32,000 nucleotides of DNA from Acaryochloris thomasi RCC1774 (GCF_003231495.1 NZ_PQWO01000007.1:1-32000); one strand, 5' to 3'. Shown: positions 1 through 9,218, counted from the first letter of the stretch. Notes: generated by a model from the letters alone, not told the origin. Translations and numbers: made by a program.

Positions 1-329
1 ACGGCTACTTCGGTCGGTTGATCTTCCAATATGCTTCTTTCAACAACAGCCGCGCACTACACTTCTTCTTGGGTGCATGGCCAGTGATTGGAATCTGGTT
101 CACAGCAATGGGCATCAGCACCATGGCATTCAACCTCAACGGTTTCAACTTCAACCACTCCATCGTTGACAGCAGCGGCAACGTCATCAACACTTGGGCC
201 GATGTTCTAAACAGAGCTAACCTTGGTTTTGAAGTCATGCACGAGCGCAACGCTCACAACTTCCCTCTGGACCTAGCTTCCATGGAATCCACTACAGTTG
301 CTCTGACTGCTCCAGTCATCAATGGCTAA
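1..329 (+). CDS. psbA: Photosystem II reaction-centre protein D1 (PsbA), 3' fragment; the 5' part lies outside the window
   Basis: Frame 3 reads [53 protein letters not shown]...[30 protein letters not shown] plus a short C-terminal extension. This is the near-invariant D1 C-terminal sequence. The stop codon is at 327-329. Confidence 0.97.
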   Translation, partial: GYFGRLIFQYASFNNSRALHFFLGAWPVIGIWFTAMGISTMAFNLNGFNFNHSIVDSSGNVINTWADVLNRANLGFEVMHERNAHNFPLDLASMESTTVALTAPVING

Positions 330-387
330 TCACACCCTTCTAATAGACCTAGCGTAAGTTAGCTCAATAATTAGATAGTGATTAACG

Positions 388-420
388 AAAGTCCGCCCTC
401 AATTGAGGGCGGACTTTTGC
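388..420 (+). terminator. Rho-independent terminator of psbA
   Basis: Perfect 13-bp stem aaagtccgccctc / gagggcggacttt with loop aatt, followed by a T-run, about 60 nt after the psbA stop. Confidence 0.85.
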
Positions 421-595
421 TATGTGAGCAGACTGACCTGATCCAAGAGCAGGTGGCGTTTGTTGATAGATGGCCTAAACTGGTGAAACATTTACCTCCT
501 CAGATTAGACAGAGATATAGGGAATCGCTGTAGAGCGATTCTACGAGCAGTGCTAGAAAGGGCCTCCCTTTACACCCATTAGCAAGTGATTTCTG

Positions 596-1312
596 ATGAG
601 CCCAAAACACTCTAATATTCCCGATATAACGCTTGAGGCGTTGTGCCGAACCTTTTTCAAGGAAGTGACAACCTATGGCTTTCAGCAGCTTGACTACATT
701 CGGTTCGTCAACCTGCTGCTGGATCTGGCAATGCAGAATGATCGTGGGAGTGCGTCCGTTTCGCACACTCCCAGCACCGCAAACCTAGACTTTCCTGTTT
801 CTAGTGGGCTGCCGATTGAAGGCCCCCGAGTTGATCTTCGGGCCTTTAATCCTGCGACAGATCTCGATCTTTTAGAAGGCTGGCTTAATGATGATGATGG
901 CAGATATTTTTTGCTGTCTAGAACCACCTCTCCTGATCTAGATATTGAGGATGTCATCAATCAGAAAAGTAATTTGGTGGGTACGATCTCGCTCAAAGAT
1001 GGTCAGGCTATTGGTTCCGTGATCTTTCTCGATTATGACGCCATGCGGCATAAGGCAGAACTGCGTAAGCTAATTGGAATCAAGTCTATGCGGGGTATGG
1101 GGTATGCCAGAGAGGCTACCGAGTTATGGCTAAGCTACGGTCTCAATAGCCTTGGGTTGAAAAAGATTTACCTCAATACCCTGGATACAAACTTGAGAAA
1201 TCTCAGACTCAACGAACAACTGGGGTTCAAAATCGAGGGCATCCTGAGAAACGAAGTCTATTTTGATGAAAGGTATCACGACGTTCTCAGAATGGGACTG
1301 TGGCGGGAGTAA
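596..1312 (+). CDS. GNAT-family N-acetyltransferase (RimJ/RimL-like C-terminal domain) with an uncharacterised N-terminal region of about 100 aa
   Basis: The C-terminal half (GSVIFLDYDAMRHKAELRKLIG...RGMGYAREATELWLSYGLNSLGLKKIYLNTLDTNLRNLRLNEQLGFKIEGILRNEVYFDERYHDVLRMGL) shows the GNAT motif A / acetyl-CoA pocket pattern. The N-terminal part was not recognised. Confidence 0.75.
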   Translation: MSPKHSNIPDITLEALCRTFFKEVTTYGFQQLDYIRFVNLLLDLAMQNDRGSASVSHTPSTANLDFPVSSGLPIEGPRVDLRAFNPATDLDLLEGWLNDDDGRYFLLSRTTSPDLDIEDVINQKSNLVGTISLKDGQAIGSVIFLDYDAMRHKAELRKLIGIKSMRGMGYAREATELWLSYGLNSLGLKKIYLNTLDTNLRNLRLNEQLGFKIEGILRNEVYFDERYHDVLRMGLWRE

Positions 1313-1350
1313 ACGTCTAATGAACTCTGTTGCGGCAATTTTGAGGGTGT

Positions 1351-1815
1351 ATGGATCGGTTGTCTGAAAGCATGGAGAGTGCCACCGTAGAGCAGTACCT
1401 CCATGACCACATACCTCTGTCTCGGTCTATGGCTGTGTCAGTGGTACAAGTCAATCAAAAGGGCGTGGTTTTGTCCGCGCCGCTGCCCCCAAATATTAAT
1501 CATCGCAGTACTGCCTTTGGTGGCAGCCTCTCTGCAGTTGCAATTCTAGCGGCTTGGACTTACGTTCACTGTCAGCTTCAGAATTTATCTTTGCCTTGTC
1601 GTATTGTGATTCAAGGCAACAGTATCGAATACCTGCAGCCTGTTGAGACCGATTTTCAAGCTCACTGTATGGCTCCGTCTCAGCTGCTCTGGGATCGCTT
1701 TATTAAAACAATTACGAGGCGGGGCAAGGGTCGGATTTCTCTAAACGTTGAAATTGTCTCAGATGCTTTACTGGCCGGGACATTTCAGGGACAATATGTG
1801 GCTCTTAAGCTCTAG
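1351..1815 (+). CDS. Hot-dog-fold thioesterase, YiiD C-terminal-domain-like
   Basis: 154 aa. HIPLSRSMAVSVV...LSAPLPPNINHRSTAFGGSLSAVAILAAWTYVHCQL resembles the YiiD_C putative thioesterase family. It lies 38 bp downstream of the GNAT gene on the same strand. Confidence 0.6.
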   Translation: MDRLSESMESATVEQYLHDHIPLSRSMAVSVVQVNQKGVVLSAPLPPNINHRSTAFGGSLSAVAILAAWTYVHCQLQNLSLPCRIVIQGNSIEYLQPVETDFQAHCMAPSQLLWDRFIKTITRRGKGRISLNVEIVSDALLAGTFQGQYVALKL

Positions 1816-1930
1816 GAGAAGGGCTTCTTCATTGGAGTAACCTCATAAAATTCACGATCACTATTTAAAGTCTCTCGTAAATGCCCACTGGAACATCCTG
1901 GAACATCTGTGGTATTTAGAGAGCGAGATA

Positions 1931-2917
1931 TTGAGACAGAATAGGCTTTTAGAATTAGATGCATTAAGAGGTCTGGGGGCGGTTGCGGTGGTTTTGTATC
2001 ACTACTTTTTCCGCTATAGCGAAATCTATGGTCACCCAAATTTATCTGTAGGTTGGGCGGACTATGGAAAATACGGTGTCCAGTTGTTTTTTATCATTAG
2101 TGGTTTTGTGATCTATTGGACTCTCAATCGCGTAGAGAAGCCAATGGATTTTATCGTTTCTCGCTTTGCTCGACTTTATCCTGTCTATTGGATGGCACTA
2201 ATCCTCACCTTTGCTCTGGTTAGCTATTTTGGCTTAGCGGGACGAGAGGTAGAGCTTAGCGATGCGATCAAAAATTTGCTGATGTTCCATGAATACTTGG
2301 GAGTGCAGCATGTTGATGGTGTTTACTGGACGCTAACAATAGAGCTGAGCTTCTATCTCTTAGTTTTTGTGATTTATCTTTTGAATCAGCTTCGGTCTGT
2401 GGAGCTATGGTTCACACCGCTAATTTTTCTGTCGTTAGCGAGAACAGCAGGATTCATTGCTATTCCAGGTTTAGCTGCTCAGCTTCTAATTCCTGAATAT
2501 ATTATGTTTTTTGTGGCTGGCATTTGCTTTTTCAAGATCTATAAAAACTTGTCAGATCGCATGACGGTTCCTATCTTGCTGCTGTCTCTTGTCTCAACGA
2601 GCTTTGTGTTTTCGGTCAAAGATTTCTGGGTGTTTTCTGTTCTCTATGCTGTTTTCTATTTGGCTATCACAGGATGGCTGGCTTTTCTGCGGCTGCGGTT
2701 GTTTGTGGGGCTGGGGACAGTTTCATATGCCCTATATTTGGTCCATCAGAACATTGGCTACATTATTATTAATCAGTCGTATCGATGGGGTTTGCCTCCT
2801 GTTTTTGGAATATTAGCTGCGATCGCAACCTCTTTACTCATTGCATCTGTCCTGACTTATTACATTGAGAGGCCCTCCGCCAGGATGATTCGGAGGGCTT
2901 ATAAAAGCCAAGCCTGA
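1931..2917 (+). CDS. Integral-membrane O-acyltransferase (acyltransferase family 3)
   Basis: 328 aa and polytopic. The N-terminal LDALRGLGAVAVVLYHYF motif and the repeated hydrophobic helices are typical of the acyltransferase_3 family. TTG start in the ORF track. Confidence 0.8.
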   Translation: MRQNRLLELDALRGLGAVAVVLYHYFFRYSEIYGHPNLSVGWADYGKYGVQLFFIISGFVIYWTLNRVEKPMDFIVSRFARLYPVYWMALILTFALVSYFGLAGREVELSDAIKNLLMFHEYLGVQHVDGVYWTLTIELSFYLLVFVIYLLNQLRSVELWFTPLIFLSLARTAGFIAIPGLAAQLLIPEYIMFFVAGICFFKIYKNLSDRMTVPILLLSLVSTSFVFSVKDFWVFSVLYAVFYLAITGWLAFLRLRLFVGLGTVSYALYLVHQNIGYIIINQSYRWGLPPVFGILAAIATSLLIASVLTYYIERPSARMIRRAYKSQA

Positions 2918-3047
2918 TGGTTATTAAAGGCTCTTCTGCTCTTGCAATTGATGGCTTGAGGGATAAAGGGTCCATCAATATATTTGTGTTAGCCAGCCAT
3001 CTCTACATGGAGGTGAGCCTTCTGGTCGTTCGAGGTGTTGGAAGATT

Positions 3048-3078
3048 AAAAAAGAGCTGCGGGGAAATGCCGCAGCTC
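3048..3078 (-). terminator. Orphan Rho-independent terminator oriented on the minus strand
   Basis: Perfect 9-bp stem gagctgcgg / ccgcagctc (3054-3062 / 3070-3078) with a 7-nt loop. The plus strand has A6 at 3048-3053, which is a U6 tail when read on the minus strand. No annotated minus-strand gene lies upstream. Confidence 0.6.
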
Positions 3079-3306
3079 AAGGGTGTGTTTGGAGTGTGAG
3101 GAGTTGTTCCTGCTCTCATTTTAGGAGGACAGGCCCTGGTAATTGACTGCCGTAACAGTTTTTGTAACCAGGTCTAGGCGTTCTGTTTCGGTAACAGGGG
3201 CATGGGATGCGATTTCATTTTCCATACTTGAAGAGTGGTCTGATGCATTATTTCAAGTTCAGTCGGCCATACTAGATTTTGTGGGGTTACTTATACAAGG
3301 ATAATT

Positions 3307-5511
3307 TTGATGACACGGATGAGACGCCGTCAGTTTTTGCAGTTTGCCGGTGGTGCAGTTGCATCTTTGGGGTTCAGTCAGCTCGATATTCAAAAACAAA
3401 GCCTTCGCTATGCGCAGGTATTGGCCCAGGATAATGCTCGCAAGCTAGCGCTGCTGGTAGGTATCAACACTTATCCCACGGCCCCGCTCTACGGTTGCGT
3501 CACTGATGTAGAGCTACAGCGTGAATTGTTGGTCCATCGGTTTGGCTTCAACCCTAAAAATATTCTGACAGTCACCGATGCCCAGGCGACGCGCAAGGGT
3601 ATTTTGCGGGCCTTTGAAGAACATCTGATCAAGCAGGCAAAACCAGGAGACGTGGCGGTATTCCACTACTCTGGGCATGGCTCACAGGTGAATGATCCTG
3701 ACAAAGATACGCGGGATGGCCTTAACGGAACGCTGGTGCCGGTTGATAGTGTCTCTGGTCAAGAGCAAGGCCGCCAGGTCGTGAATGACATTATGGGGCA
3801 TACTCTTTTTCTACTCATGTCTGCGGTGCCCACCGACAACCTGACAATGGTTTTAGATAGCTGCTTTTCGGGGGGCGGTAAGCGCGGTAATATGCGCGTC
3901 CGGTCTATCAATCGCCTTGCCAGGGAGTCGGGTGGCGTTTTCCCAAATCGTGAAGAACTCGCCTATCAGCAGCAGTGGTTATCTCGGTTGAAGATGTCGG
4001 CGGATGAATTTAAGCAAAAGCGGCGGACTGGTGTTGCCAAGGGCGTTGTGATTGCCTCAGCCAATCGCAATCAGTTTGCTTCTGATGCTACCTTTGACGG
4101 GTTTAATGCGGGGGCCTTTACCTACCATATGACCAAATACCTCTGGCAACAGACAGGGGAGACGCCGGTTGTCGGTGCGATCGCAAACATCTCACGCCGC
4201 ACCACCCAAGAAAATGACCAGGATCCTGAACTCGAATGTACGCCCCAGTGCGATCCGAATAGCGTTGCCGATCAGCGCCCGTTTTACTTCCTCAATGCAT
4301 CTACGGCCCCTGCTGAGGCTGTGATCACTGACGTTAGCGGCAATCAGATGACCTGCTGGCTGGGCGGAATCGAAACTTCGAACCCACTGGATAAGAATAC
4401 AATTCTGGCCGTCGTCGATGATCAAAGCCAAGAGCTTGCAAAAGTTAAGCTAGAGTCCCGAACCGGGCTGATTGGTAAAGGCACTTTACTACAGGGCAAT
4501 GCTCAAGCCTTTAAGCCGGGTGCCCTTCTGCAAGAAGAAGTTCGTGGCATCCCGACCAATCTGATGCTGCGGATTGGGCTTGATCCTTCTTTGGAAACCG
4601 GCATGTCAGAGGCAAAGGCTGCACTAGTCTCGGCTTCCAGAATTGAAGCTGCAGAGTTAGGAGAGGGGCAAGTTGACTATATTTTGGGGCGCATAACGTC
4701 TAAAGATCGTAAGCGCCTCCAGGGGCGTGTTCCCACCGTGCCAGAAGTTGGAATGCTCGGATTGTTTACCCCTACGAAAGAGAATATTCTGAGCGACTCT
4801 TTCTCCGGTGCAACGGATGAATCTGCTGCTGATGCTGTTCTGAGACTGCAGGCCAAGTTCAAGCTTCTGCTTGCCAACCGCATCCTGAGGGCAATTCTCA
4901 ACCCGAGTTCTTCAAAATTAGGCGTTACCGCCACCGTGGTCCCGATTGGCGCTGAGAGTCGAGCACTGGCGGCAACCAGAACACGAGGCAGCGACCTCGT
5001 GACCACTGCGATTACACCTGAAGTGGGCGAGGTCAAACCCGGCGATAATATTCAGATTCAAGTGAAAAATCAAGAAACCCAGGATCTCTATATCAGCGTG
5101 CTGGGGATTGGCTCTGATGGCGAAATGACGGTTCTGTTCCCCTCAGACTATACGGCAGCTACGGATGCCTCTCTGGTCGGCGCAGGACAAACCCTTAAGG
5201 TTCCCCAAGCCGGACGCGATGACTATGATTTTGTTGTCAGTGGCCCCGCTGGAACCATTGAAGTGATTGTGTTGGCCAGTGCTCGCTCTCTGCGCGATAC
5301 GCTCAAAGGTCTGAAGAAAATTGCGAGCCGCTCGGGGCAACGGCCCGGGGAACCCCTCGCGATCAGTGAGCCTTCAGCGGTTGTCGAAGGACTGCTCGGT
5401 GACCTGACTGATACCACCCGTGCCTTTTTGAAAGTTCAGCGCCAGGAAACACAGCAGATAGACGCGACCCAGCTCGCAGCGCTGTCTCTCTCGCTTAATG
5501 TCGTTGAATAA
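3307..5511 (+). CDS. Orthocaspase (peptidase C14 caspase-domain protein) with a twin-arginine signal peptide and a DUF4384-like C-terminal domain
   Basis: The N-terminus MTRMRRRQFLQFAGGAVASLGF has the Tat R-R-x-F-L motif plus a hydrophobic core. The caspase His-Cys dyad is present: FHYSGHGSQ (His codon 3676-3678) and LDSCFSGG (Cys codon 3862-3864). The C-terminal DLYISVLGIGSDGEMTVLFPSDY...IEVIVLAS (about 5035-5290) resembles DUF4384. The ATG at 3310, preceded by aagga, is the more likely start. Confidence 0.85.
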   Translation: MMTRMRRRQFLQFAGGAVASLGFSQLDIQKQSLRYAQVLAQDNARKLALLVGINTYPTAPLYGCVTDVELQRELLVHRFGFNPKNILTVTDAQATRKGILRAFEEHLIKQAKPGDVAVFHYSGHGSQVNDPDKDTRDGLNGTLVPVDSVSGQEQGRQVVNDIMGHTLFLLMSAVPTDNLTMVLDSCFSGGGKRGNMRVRSINRLARESGGVFPNREELAYQQQWLSRLKMSADEFKQKRRTGVAKGVVIASANRNQFASDATFDGFNAGAFTYHMTKYLWQQTGETPVVGAIANISRRTTQENDQDPELECTPQCDPNSVADQRPFYFLNASTAPAEAVITDVSGNQMTCWLGGIETSNPLDKNTILAVVDDQSQELAKVKLESRTGLIGKGTLLQGNAQAFKPGALLQEEVRGIPTNLMLRIGLDPSLETGMSEAKAALVSASRIEAAELGEGQVDYILGRITSKDRKRLQGRVPTVPEVGMLGLFTPTKENILSDSFSGATDESAADAVLRLQAKFKLLLANRILRAILNPSSSKLGVTATVVPIGAESRALAATRTRGSDLVTTAITPEVGEVKPGDNIQIQVKNQETQDLYISVLGIGSDGEMTVLFPSDYTAATDASLVGAGQTLKVPQAGRDDYDFVVSGPAGTIEVIVLASARSLRDTLKGLKKIASRSGQRPGEPLAISEPSAVVEGLLGDLTDTTRAFLKVQRQETQQIDATQLAALSLSLNVVE

Positions 5512-5512
5512 T

Positions 5513-5544
5513 AAAAAAGCTCAACTCCAGACGGAGCGAGCTTT
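5513..5544. terminator. Putative bidirectional terminator hairpin between the convergent caspase and rqcH-like genes
   Basis: gctcaactccagacggagcgagc forms an interrupted stem (GCTC+CTCC / GGAG+GAGC). It is flanked by A6 upstream and TTT downstream. The U-run is better on the minus strand. Confidence 0.4.
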
Positions 5545-5751
5545 CGTAAGAATCAGTTACGTGATATCTCAAGTGAAGGAGGTCAGACTGAGCGTTCCCA
5601 CACGCGACAGTGACCTTTTGTATAATTCCTCACAGTTTTATCGTAATGTAACAGGCGCAATATTTCTTAATAGATAGATTTTTTGTTTTTTTTTGTGGCT
5701 TTTCAATAGCTAAAACTTATTGATTCGCGAAATTCAAGTCAAAGCTAGCTG

Positions 5752-7485
5752 TTACGCCTTGGGCTGCTGCATTTTAGCCTTCGCGAGCTGCGGCTGTCCC
5801 CAGGTTACTTGCTCATGCTTATAGATCACCATGCCGGGCTGCGCGCCCTTGGGTTTGTAAACATGCTTGGGGCTGGTGTAGACCACAGGAACCTGATGGC
5901 TTTGACGGGCACGACTGTAGTAAGCCACAAAGTGGGCTGCCCATTCAATGTCTGTTTCACTGGCAACCGCGCCTGCGTCTAGGCGCAGAAGGGCATGGCT
6001 ACCGGGTATCTCTTGGGTGTGAAACCACAGGTCATAGCCGGTGGCGACGCTGAAGGTGAGCTGATCGTTTTGGCGATTGTTGCGGCCCACCAGCAGTTCC
6101 CAGCCGTCTGGAGATTGATGGCGAATAAAGTCGGTCTTCGCCTGTGGTTTGGCGACGTGGTCAGGGGTTGGCCAGTAGCCCTGCTCAATTAGCTCTATCC
6201 GGATCTCTTCTAGCGTTTCTAGATCGGCCTCGTTTTTATAGGTTTCGGTCTGCTCAATGGCAACCTCAACTTGATGGAGGTACTGCAGCTCTAGTTCGAC
6301 TTCAGCCAGCAGCGGCTCTAGGCGATCGCGCGATCGCTTTAGCTTTTGATGCCGCTTGTAGAGAGCCTGGGCATTCTGAACGGCGTTCTGCTCAGGATTG
6401 AGCGAGATGGTGCGTGAGGTATCTCCCTCAAAGTCTGGCAGCGTAATCGACTGCATTCCGATTTCCCAGGATTGTAGGTTTGCCATCAGCAGATCGGCCT
6501 GCTGGCGATGCTCGTCGGCGGTTTCAGCGGCCTGAAGCTGCGTATGAAAGCTGTTGGCTTTGATCTGGAGTTTTTTGGCAACGCTGCTGACCTTTTGCTG
6601 GAGCTGATGGCGTAGTTGCTTAAAGACTTGCTGGTTGAGCTGCTGGGTATAGTACTGATCTAAAACCTGATGAATGCTTGGGGCAGGTTGAGTCATCTGC
6701 CAGCCCATGACGGTATAGCCCTCAGTTTGCCAGCCAGGAGTGAAGGTTCCCTGTTTTAAGGCCCGGAGCCAATCCTGCCAAAGGGCGAAGAGCTGTTGCC
6801 ATTGATCAGGGGTGAGCTGATCGGTGTTCTGATCTGCTGATGGTCCTGCTGTTGCCACCATTGATCGAGCTAGGGCTGGACTCAGGCCACGATAGGTGCG
6901 CAGGTTGCGAGCCACGGGGCCAGGAACGAGGGCAACCCGCTCTTGCCAATGTGCTTGAGATTCTTCGAGAGAGGGGACAGGATCGGTGAGGGCGGGGGGT
7001 AAGCTGTAGGGCTGTCCTGTCTGGAGCGGCCGCACCCTCGATTGTTTTTCGCTCACCTGATGGGCGACGGTCACTATTTTTTGTTCAGCGGTGGTCAGGA
7101 TCACATTGCTGTATTTATTCATGACCTCAACGTAGAGATGCCAGGACACCGGATCTTGAGGGCGGCGGGCAAACTGGAGGTCGATGACGCGCTCCCAAGG
7201 TCCTGAGGGTTTGAGCGCCACAAGCGCTAGGCCTTTGAGCTGATGGCGAAGCTGTTCGCTAAAGGTAAAGGTATCTGCTGCTTTGGGAGGGGGCGTGCCG
7301 AGACAGAGGCGTGCGGCTTGGGGGTGCCAAGAAATGGTGAGCCACCCCCGCTGGTCAAGGGTGCGCAATGCTAAGTAGAGCGTGTAGCGGTCGCGTTGAT
7401 AGATCTGCTCGAGGCGGGCAGGGAGCCAGTGCGATCGCAAATCACAGCAGGCGGCACACAAAGTCGTAAAGTCAACGGGCTGCAC
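5752..7485 (-). CDS. NFACT-family protein (FbpA / RqcH-like ribosome quality-control factor)
   Basis: 577 aa. There is an NFACT-N-like N-terminus, a central Gln/Leu-rich coiled-coil region, and a C-terminal NFACT-R (DUF814) signature: DLWFHTQEIPGSHALLR...AAHFVAYYSRARQSHQVPVVYTSPKHVYKPKGAQPGMV. Confidence 0.8.
   Translation of the reverse strand: MQPVDFTTLCAACCDLRSHWLPARLEQIYQRDRYTLYLALRTLDQRGWLTISWHPQAARLCLGTPPPKAADTFTFSEQLRHQLKGLALVALKPSGPWERVIDLQFARRPQDPVSWHLYVEVMNKYSNVILTTAEQKIVTVAHQVSEKQSRVRPLQTGQPYSLPPALTDPVPSLEESQAHWQERVALVPGPVARNLRTYRGLSPALARSMVATAGPSADQNTDQLTPDQWQQLFALWQDWLRALKQGTFTPGWQTEGYTVMGWQMTQPAPSIHQVLDQYYTQQLNQQVFKQLRHQLQQKVSSVAKKLQIKANSFHTQLQAAETADEHRQQADLLMANLQSWEIGMQSITLPDFEGDTSRTISLNPEQNAVQNAQALYKRHQKLKRSRDRLEPLLAEVELELQYLHQVEVAIEQTETYKNEADLETLEEIRIELIEQGYWPTPDHVAKPQAKTDFIRHQSPDGWELLVGRNNRQNDQLTFSVATGYDLWFHTQEIPGSHALLRLDAGAVASETDIEWAAHFVAYYSRARQSHQVPVVYTSPKHVYKPKGAQPGMVIYKHEQVTWGQPQLAKAKMQQPKA
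6322..6337. repeat. Two abutting HIP1 octamers (GCGATCGC GCGATCGC); one of many HIP1 copies in the window
   Basis: Direct reading gives gcgatcgcgcgatcgc. HIP1 is the highly iterated palindrome typical of many cyanobacterial genomes. Confidence 0.8.
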
Positions 7486-7772
7486 TGAAATAAAAACTCA
7501 ACTGATATTTTTGATTAATAGACTTTCATCAATCTATATAAATAAACTCACCCAATTAGGTGATAGGATCCCCGCCTAATCGGGTGAAAAGCCTGATTTC
7601 AAACGTATATAGACGTTAAGCACTGGCACTTTAATGGGGTTTGCCGATACCATGAGAGTAGGGATCGTAATCTAGAGCAATTCTCAAGAAAAAGCGTCTA
7701 TTTCCCATTTATTGGGTGAAGACGAACTGTTCTCATCTTTATTTATATAGCCACCTGCGGGGAGTAAAGTCG

Positions 7773-8039
7773 ATGGATATCAGACTCATTAATATTGGTT
7801 TTGGGAACATTGTCTCTGGTAATCGCGTAATTGCGATTGTCAGCCCAGAGTCAGCACCTATTAAGCGTATCATCACCGACGCCAGAGAGCGGGGCGAGCT
7901 GATTGATGCCACCTATGGTCGGCGAACTCGAGCCGTGATTGTGACCGATTCGGGCCACGTCATTCTCTCGGCGATTCAGCCAGAGACAGTGGCGAACCGT
8001 TTCTTGCTCAACAAAGACAGTCGAGACGAAGATGATTAG
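7773..8039 (+). CDS. remA: RemA-family (DUF370) DNA-binding regulator
   Basis: [77 protein letters not shown] matches the conserved RemA/DUF370 sequence. The ATG at 7773 is preceded by ggag, and the track ORF start at 7716 is probably too long. It sits directly upstream of gmk, as in other bacteria. Confidence 0.9.
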   Translation: MDIRLINIGFGNIVSGNRVIAIVSPESAPIKRIITDARERGELIDATYGRRTRAVIVTDSGHVILSAIQPETVANRFLLNKDSRDEDD

Positions 8040-8068
8040 GCGGCTCTGTCATTGCATGCGTAATTAAG

Positions 8069-8623
8069 ATGTCGGGGCTTCTCGTGGTCTTAACTGGACC
8101 CAGTGGTGTTGGTAAGGGGACATTGCTGCAGGCTCTCCTGCAGCGTCACCCAGATATCTATGTCTCTGTTTCGGCGACGACCCGCTCGCCGCGTCCCGGT
8201 GAGGTAGATGGTCAGCACTATTACTTTTGGACGCCTGAAAAGTTCCAGGCCATGATTGCAGCGGGAGCATTTTTTGAGTGGGCGCAGTTCGCTGGGAATT
8301 TTTACGGTACTCCGCGCGCGCCGGTCATGCAGCGAGTTGCTCAGGGGCAGCGGGTGATTTTAGAAATTGAACTGGAGGGGGCTAGACAGGTGCGGAAAAC
8401 GGCCCCGGATGCCTTCCAGATTTTCATTTTGCCGCCCTCTGTGGAGGAGCTAGAGCGGCGCATTCGCGATCGCGGTCAGGATGATGAAGGTGCGATCGCA
8501 CGTCGTCTTGCCCGAGCAAAGGTGGAGCTGGCTGCCGCCGATGAGTTTGACCTGCAAATTATGAATGATGATCTACCGACGGCCCTTTCGGCTCTGGAGT
8601 CAGCCCTTTTGGGTTCGCAGTAG
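8069..8623 (+). CDS. gmk: Guanylate kinase
   Basis: 184 aa. It has the P-loop GPSGVGKGT, then [21 protein letters not shown] and [15 protein letters not shown]-type motifs characteristic of Gmk. Confidence 0.95.
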   Translation: MSGLLVVLTGPSGVGKGTLLQALLQRHPDIYVSVSATTRSPRPGEVDGQHYYFWTPEKFQAMIAAGAFFEWAQFAGNFYGTPRAPVMQRVAQGQRVILEIELEGARQVRKTAPDAFQIFILPPSVEELERRIRDRGQDDEGAIARRLARAKVELAAADEFDLQIMNDDLPTALSALESALLGSQ

Positions 8624-8633
8624 TGCTGGTCTC

Positions 8634-9218
8634 TTACCCTGATGTTTCGCAATTGCTGGCTGACAGGGTATTGGGGTTAACGATTTCGGTATAGTCGCCG
8701 ATGCGAACAATTCCCAGTCCGCTCGAAATAGCGAGACAGCGTCCGGTGTTGCCGGGGCGGTAGAAGACGAGCAAATTATTGGTGGTTGTGGTCCCCCTGG
8801 GGGAAAATTCGACAGTGGTACCGTTTGTGAACGCCATGGCGATGCCGGTTTCGTTGTTGGTCAAAATGCTGACCCCTAGCTTTTCAAGATTGCGGGGGCC
8901 AGTGGGCAGGCAGGTCTGTGATGTTCCCTGAACCCGTGCCGTAATTGTATTGGGAACCAGCACACCCAAATCCACTTCACAAATTTGTCCCTGTTTGATG
9001 GCTTCGGACTGCGCTTCTTTGAGTGCGCCTTCCACCTGGGCGATCACGTCATCGACTTTTTTTCGGTTGAGCCATCCTAAAAAGCTGGGGACTGAGATCG
9101 CAGCAAAGATGCCCACAATTAAGCCAATAATCACCATTTCGGTGAGTGTAAAACCGTGCGGGGCCTTTTTATACGTTGTATACGTTAATCGACGGTTTGA
9201 AAGGAGACCCAGCATCAT
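8634..9218 (-). CDS. Prepilin-type pseudopilin, GspH/FimT-like ('T1'); paralog of 15028-15594
   Basis: Leader ...KKAPHG followed by FTLTEMVIIGLIVGIFAAISVPSF, which is the class III signal with Glu5. WLNRKKVDDVIAQVEGALKEAQSEAIKQGQ is shared with the paralog. Confidence 0.85.
   Translation of the reverse strand: MMLGLLSNRRLTYTTYKKAPHGFTLTEMVIIGLIVGIFAAISVPSFLGWLNRKKVDDVIAQVEGALKEAQSEAIKQGQICEVDLGVLVPNTITARVQGTSQTCLPTGPRNLEKLGVSILTNNETGIAMAFTNGTTVEFSPRGTTTTNNLLVFYRPGNTGRCLAISSGLGIVRIGDYTEIVNPNTLSASNCETSG

Noticed and set aside
5-250. An 81-aa minus-strand ORF at the left edge
   Set aside because: It is antisense to the unmistakable psbA coding sequence.
2917-3099. A 60-aa plus-strand ORF after the acyltransferase gene
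   Set aside because: It has no RBS and a low-complexity, unfamiliar sequence. It runs straight through the strong hairpin at 3054-3078, which is better explained as a minus-strand terminator.
2819-8499. Recurrent GCGATCGC octamers (e.g. at 2819, 4177, 6322/6330, 7431, 8466, 8492 and many more further right); considered as a repeat family, mobile element or CRISPR-like signal
   Set aside because: This is the HIP1 palindrome dispersed through cyanobacterial genomes. The copies are isolated 8-mers inside genes with no spacer periodicity. They are useful only as a taxonomic hint.
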